Of a stretch of 37,564 bases of DNA, positions 35,358 through 37,564 are shown in pieces (the first letter of the stretch is position 1; the number at the start of each line of letters is the position of its first letter). The translations under genes were made by a program, and so were the position numbers. Origin of the DNA: Neisseriaceae bacterium (GTDB lineage Bacteria > Pseudomonadota > Gammaproteobacteria > Burkholderiales > Neisseriaceae); assembly GCA_017553165.1 (NCBI GenBank), contig JAFZMY010000106.1, positions 1 through 37,564 of the forward strand, written 5' to 3'. The notes below the pieces were generated by a model that worked only from the letters and a program-made list of their open reading frames with translations, was not told the origin of the DNA and did not search any database.

Positions 35358-37121
35358 GTGATTCCGCCTGATTTTGTCGATGATTTGCTATCACGCGTTG
35401 ATATTGTTGATGTAATTAGTGCTTATGTTCCTTTGAAAAAAGGTGGGCAAAATTATGTAGCATGTTGTCCGTTTCATAAGGAAAAAACACCGTCTTTTAC
35501 GGTAGCACCGAATAAACAGTTTTATCATTGTTTCGGTTGCGGTGCACATGGGAGTGCAATCGGTTTTTTGATGGAATATGCACATTTATCATTTACCGAT
35601 GCGGTTGAACAATTAGCCAATCGCGTTGGAATGAGCGTGCCATACACTAAACATCGAGAAACCAATCAGGAAAGAGAGGAAAGAAAACGTCATCGTGCTT
35701 CATTAGTAGATTACATGGTGCAATGTGCAGATTTTTATCATAAGCAATTAGGCTTATCGACACGTGCACAAAAATATCTGCATAATCGAGGGCTTAATTC
35801 AGAGATAATTAGCCGCTTCGGTTTAGGTTATGCACCGGCACAATGGCAGTCTTTGCATGCTATATTTGATGATTATCCGAATGAAAATTTGATTTCTTCG
35901 GGTATGGTATTGGAAAAAGATGGTAGGCATTACGATCGTTTTCGCGACCGCATTATGTTTCCAATACGCGATATTTCAGGACAAGTAATAGCATTTGGTG
36001 GTCGCATATTGGAAAGTGGGGAACCTAAATACCTTAATTCACCAGAGACACCAATATTTAACAAAGGCAGCCATCTATACGGATTATACGAAGCACGTGC
36101 CGATATTAAACATGAACAAAAGGTAGTTGTTGTCGAAGGATATATGGACGTTGTTGCTTTGGCACAGCATAAAATTGGCTATGCCGTAGCGACACTTGGT
36201 ACTGCAACAACTGCTGAACATATTCGCTTATTATTCCGGCAGACTGATGCGATTTATTTTTGTTTTGATGGGGATAATGCAGGACGTAAGGCAGCGTGGA
36301 GAGCATTAGAAAATTCTTTATCACAATTGCAAGATGATAAAAGTATTTACTTTCTGTTTTTACCACCAGAACACGACCCAGATTCATACGTGAGAGAGTA
36401 CGGTAGCGAATATTTTTCCGGCAGTCTTAAAAAAGATGCAATACCACTTTCACGTTATTGGTTAAGTGAATTAATGCGTGATATTGATACAAACACGCAG
36501 GAAGGACGGGCAGAGTTAATCCACCGTGCAATGCCACATTTATCAGAGATTAAAGCGGTAAATTTAAAATACTTGCTTACTCAAAATTTGGCACAAACAG
36601 TTGAAATAGACATTGCTGATATTCAATATTTATTGGGTCAGCAATTGCCAGTTAAAAAACAAGCTTATAGAAAAGCGAGATTTCCTAAAAAAACTTTCCG
36701 GCAGCCTCGCTTATCTACTTTGGCACAACAGCAGATTAAATGGCTTTTGATTAATCCTGAATGGGAAAAATACGTTGAAATGCCGGAGTACTTATTATTG
36801 TCGGAAGAATATACGATTTTGGCAGAATTATCAGCCTTGATTCGTGATAATAATTTACGCAGTACCGAACAAGTTTGGGAATATTTACGCAATCACGACT
36901 ATGAGGAAATTTTGCATCGTATTTGGCGTGAAAATGCCAATATTAGTGAAGAATTTGGGGAATTAGATGAAGACGATGAAACAATGTTTCGTCATGGAAT
37001 GCAAAGACTTGCTCTAACTATTCGTGATGAGCAAGTTAATGAATTAGTGGAAAAGTCAAAGTATCAACCATTGACTACTGCTGAACAGGAATTATTGAAA
37101 AGTTTACTGATTAGAAATTAA
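35358..37121 (+). CDS. dnaG: DNA primase
   Basis: It has the zinc-binding motif CCPFHKEKTPSFTV...YHCFGCGAHG and a TOPRIM domain (VVVEGYMDVVAL, FDGDNAGRKAA). GTG start with an AGGA upstream. Confidence 0.95.
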   Translation: MIPPDFVDDLLSRVDIVDVISAYVPLKKGGQNYVACCPFHKEKTPSFTVAPNKQFYHCFGCGAHGSAIGFLMEYAHLSFTDAVEQLANRVGMSVPYTKHRETNQEREERKRHRASLVDYMVQCADFYHKQLGLSTRAQKYLHNRGLNSEIISRFGLGYAPAQWQSLHAIFDDYPNENLISSGMVLEKDGRHYDRFRDRIMFPIRDISGQVIAFGGRILESGEPKYLNSPETPIFNKGSHLYGLYEARADIKHEQKVVVVEGYMDVVALAQHKIGYAVATLGTATTAEHIRLLFRQTDAIYFCFDGDNAGRKAAWRALENSLSQLQDDKSIYFLFLPPEHDPDSYVREYGSEYFSGSLKKDAIPLSRYWLSELMRDIDTNTQEGRAELIHRAMPHLSEIKAVNLKYLLTQNLAQTVEIDIADIQYLLGQQLPVKKQAYRKARFPKKTFRQPRLSTLAQQQIKWLLINPEWEKYVEMPEYLLLSEEYTILAELSALIRDNNLRSTEQVWEYLRNHDYEEILHRIWRENANISEEFGELDEDDETMFRHGMQRLALTIRDEQVNELVEKSKYQPLTTAEQELLKSLLIRN

Positions 37122-37147
37122 ATAGTTTTCTATTGGAGTATTAAAGT

Positions 37148-37564
37148 ATGGCAACGTCAACAAAATCCAAGGCAAAAAATAGTGCAACAGTTAGTAAAAC
37201 TGCCAAAACAACTGCTACCAAAGCACCTGCTAAAAAGGTTGCAAGCAAAAGTGTTCCGGCAGACTCTAAAACAAGCAAAACTATCACTACCAAAGTAAGT
37301 AAGACTGCCGGAAAAACAAATGTTGCCAAAGCAACAGCAAGCAAAGCAACAGCAAGCAAAGCAACAGCAAACAAAGCAACAGCAAGTAAGGCTACTGCAA
37401 GTAAGGCTACTGCAAGTAGGGCTACTGCAAGCAAAGCAACAGCAAGCAAAGCAACAGCAAGTAAGGCTACTGCAAGTAGGGCTACTGCAAGCAAAGCAAG
37501 TGCAAGTAAGGCTACTGCAAGCAAAGCAACAGCAAGCAAAGCAACAGCAAGCAAAGCAACAGCA
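37148..37564 (+). CDS. 5' part of a gene encoding a Lys/Ala/Thr/Ser-rich repeat N-terminus (histone-H1-like); by position possibly rpoD with a basic extension
   Basis: The ATG at 37148 lies 9 nt after GGAG (37135-38). The frame stays open for all 139 codons to the window end. It reads MATSTKSKAKNSATVSKTAKTTATKAPAKKVASKSVPADSKTSKTITTKVSKTAGKTNVAK(ATASK)n. It is missing from the ORF track because it has no stop in the window. The listed antisense ORF 37141..37554 is its mirror image. Confidence 0.55.
   Translation, partial: MATSTKSKAKNSATVSKTAKTTATKAPAKKVASKSVPADSKTSKTITTKVSKTAGKTNVAKATASKATASKATANKATASKATASKATASRATASKATASKATASKATASRATASKASASKATASKATASKATASKATA
37331..37564 (+). repeat. 15-bp in-frame tandem repeat, at least 15.6 copies, truncated by the window end
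   Basis: The units alternate between GCAACAGCAAGCAAA and GCTACTGCAAGTAAG/AGG, which are synonymous-codon variants of ATASK. Hybrid units and three substituted units (ATANK, ATASR, ASASK) are also present. Counted by hand from 37331. Confidence 0.95.

Noticed and set aside
37141-37554. 137-aa minus-strand ORF MLAVALLAVALL... from the ORF track
   Set aside because: It is the antisense reading of the 15-bp tandem repeat. It has no RBS and an implausible poly-(LAVAL) product. The plus-strand frame has an RBS and ATG and fits the operon direction.

Overview
This is a visibly AT-rich chromosomal segment of Neisseriaceae type. RpsU and ZipA look Neisseria-like, and the gene neighbourhoods rpsU-yqeY-dnaG, grxC-secB, zipA-ligA and aroK-aroB fit that family. 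About 33 kb is ordinary housekeeping: ccoNOQP (cbb3 oxidase), an M61 peptidase, coaD, uppP, secB, grxC, dacB, aroC, serC, cysE, ubiK, comM, tamA/tamB, a YiiX-like lipoprotein, lnt, ligA, zipA, aroB/aroK, rpsU, a lipoprotein, yqeY and dnaG. A Lys/Ala/Thr/Ser-repeat ORF then runs off the right edge. The left ~4.5 kb is accessory. On the minus strand it holds small Sec-signal toxin-like genes, each followed by a two-domain Imm53-like immunity gene; a second toxin copy starts at the left window edge. The same region holds a truncated OMP-like gene and an A16 tract. It is bounded by an IS5-family element whose transposase carries an in-frame TGA at a conserved Trp codon, followed by a pile-up of extra IS-end copies. 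Four other signals stand out. (1) A heavily over-represented 12-13-mer, AGTCTGCCGGAAA, has 20 exact 12-mer copies and about 43 core copies. It often sits as inverted pairs at gene ends and behaves like a DNA uptake sequence of a dialect I do not recognise. (2) A ~149-bp MITE family (2 copies) shares terminal inverted repeats with the IS. (3) CcoP has an OmpA-like peptidoglycan-binding domain at its C-terminus. (4) A 15-bp in-frame tandem repeat encoding (ATASK)n lies where rpoD is expected. The toxin/immunity array is my best candidate for an undescribed system. No rRNA, tRNA or CRISPR array was seen.
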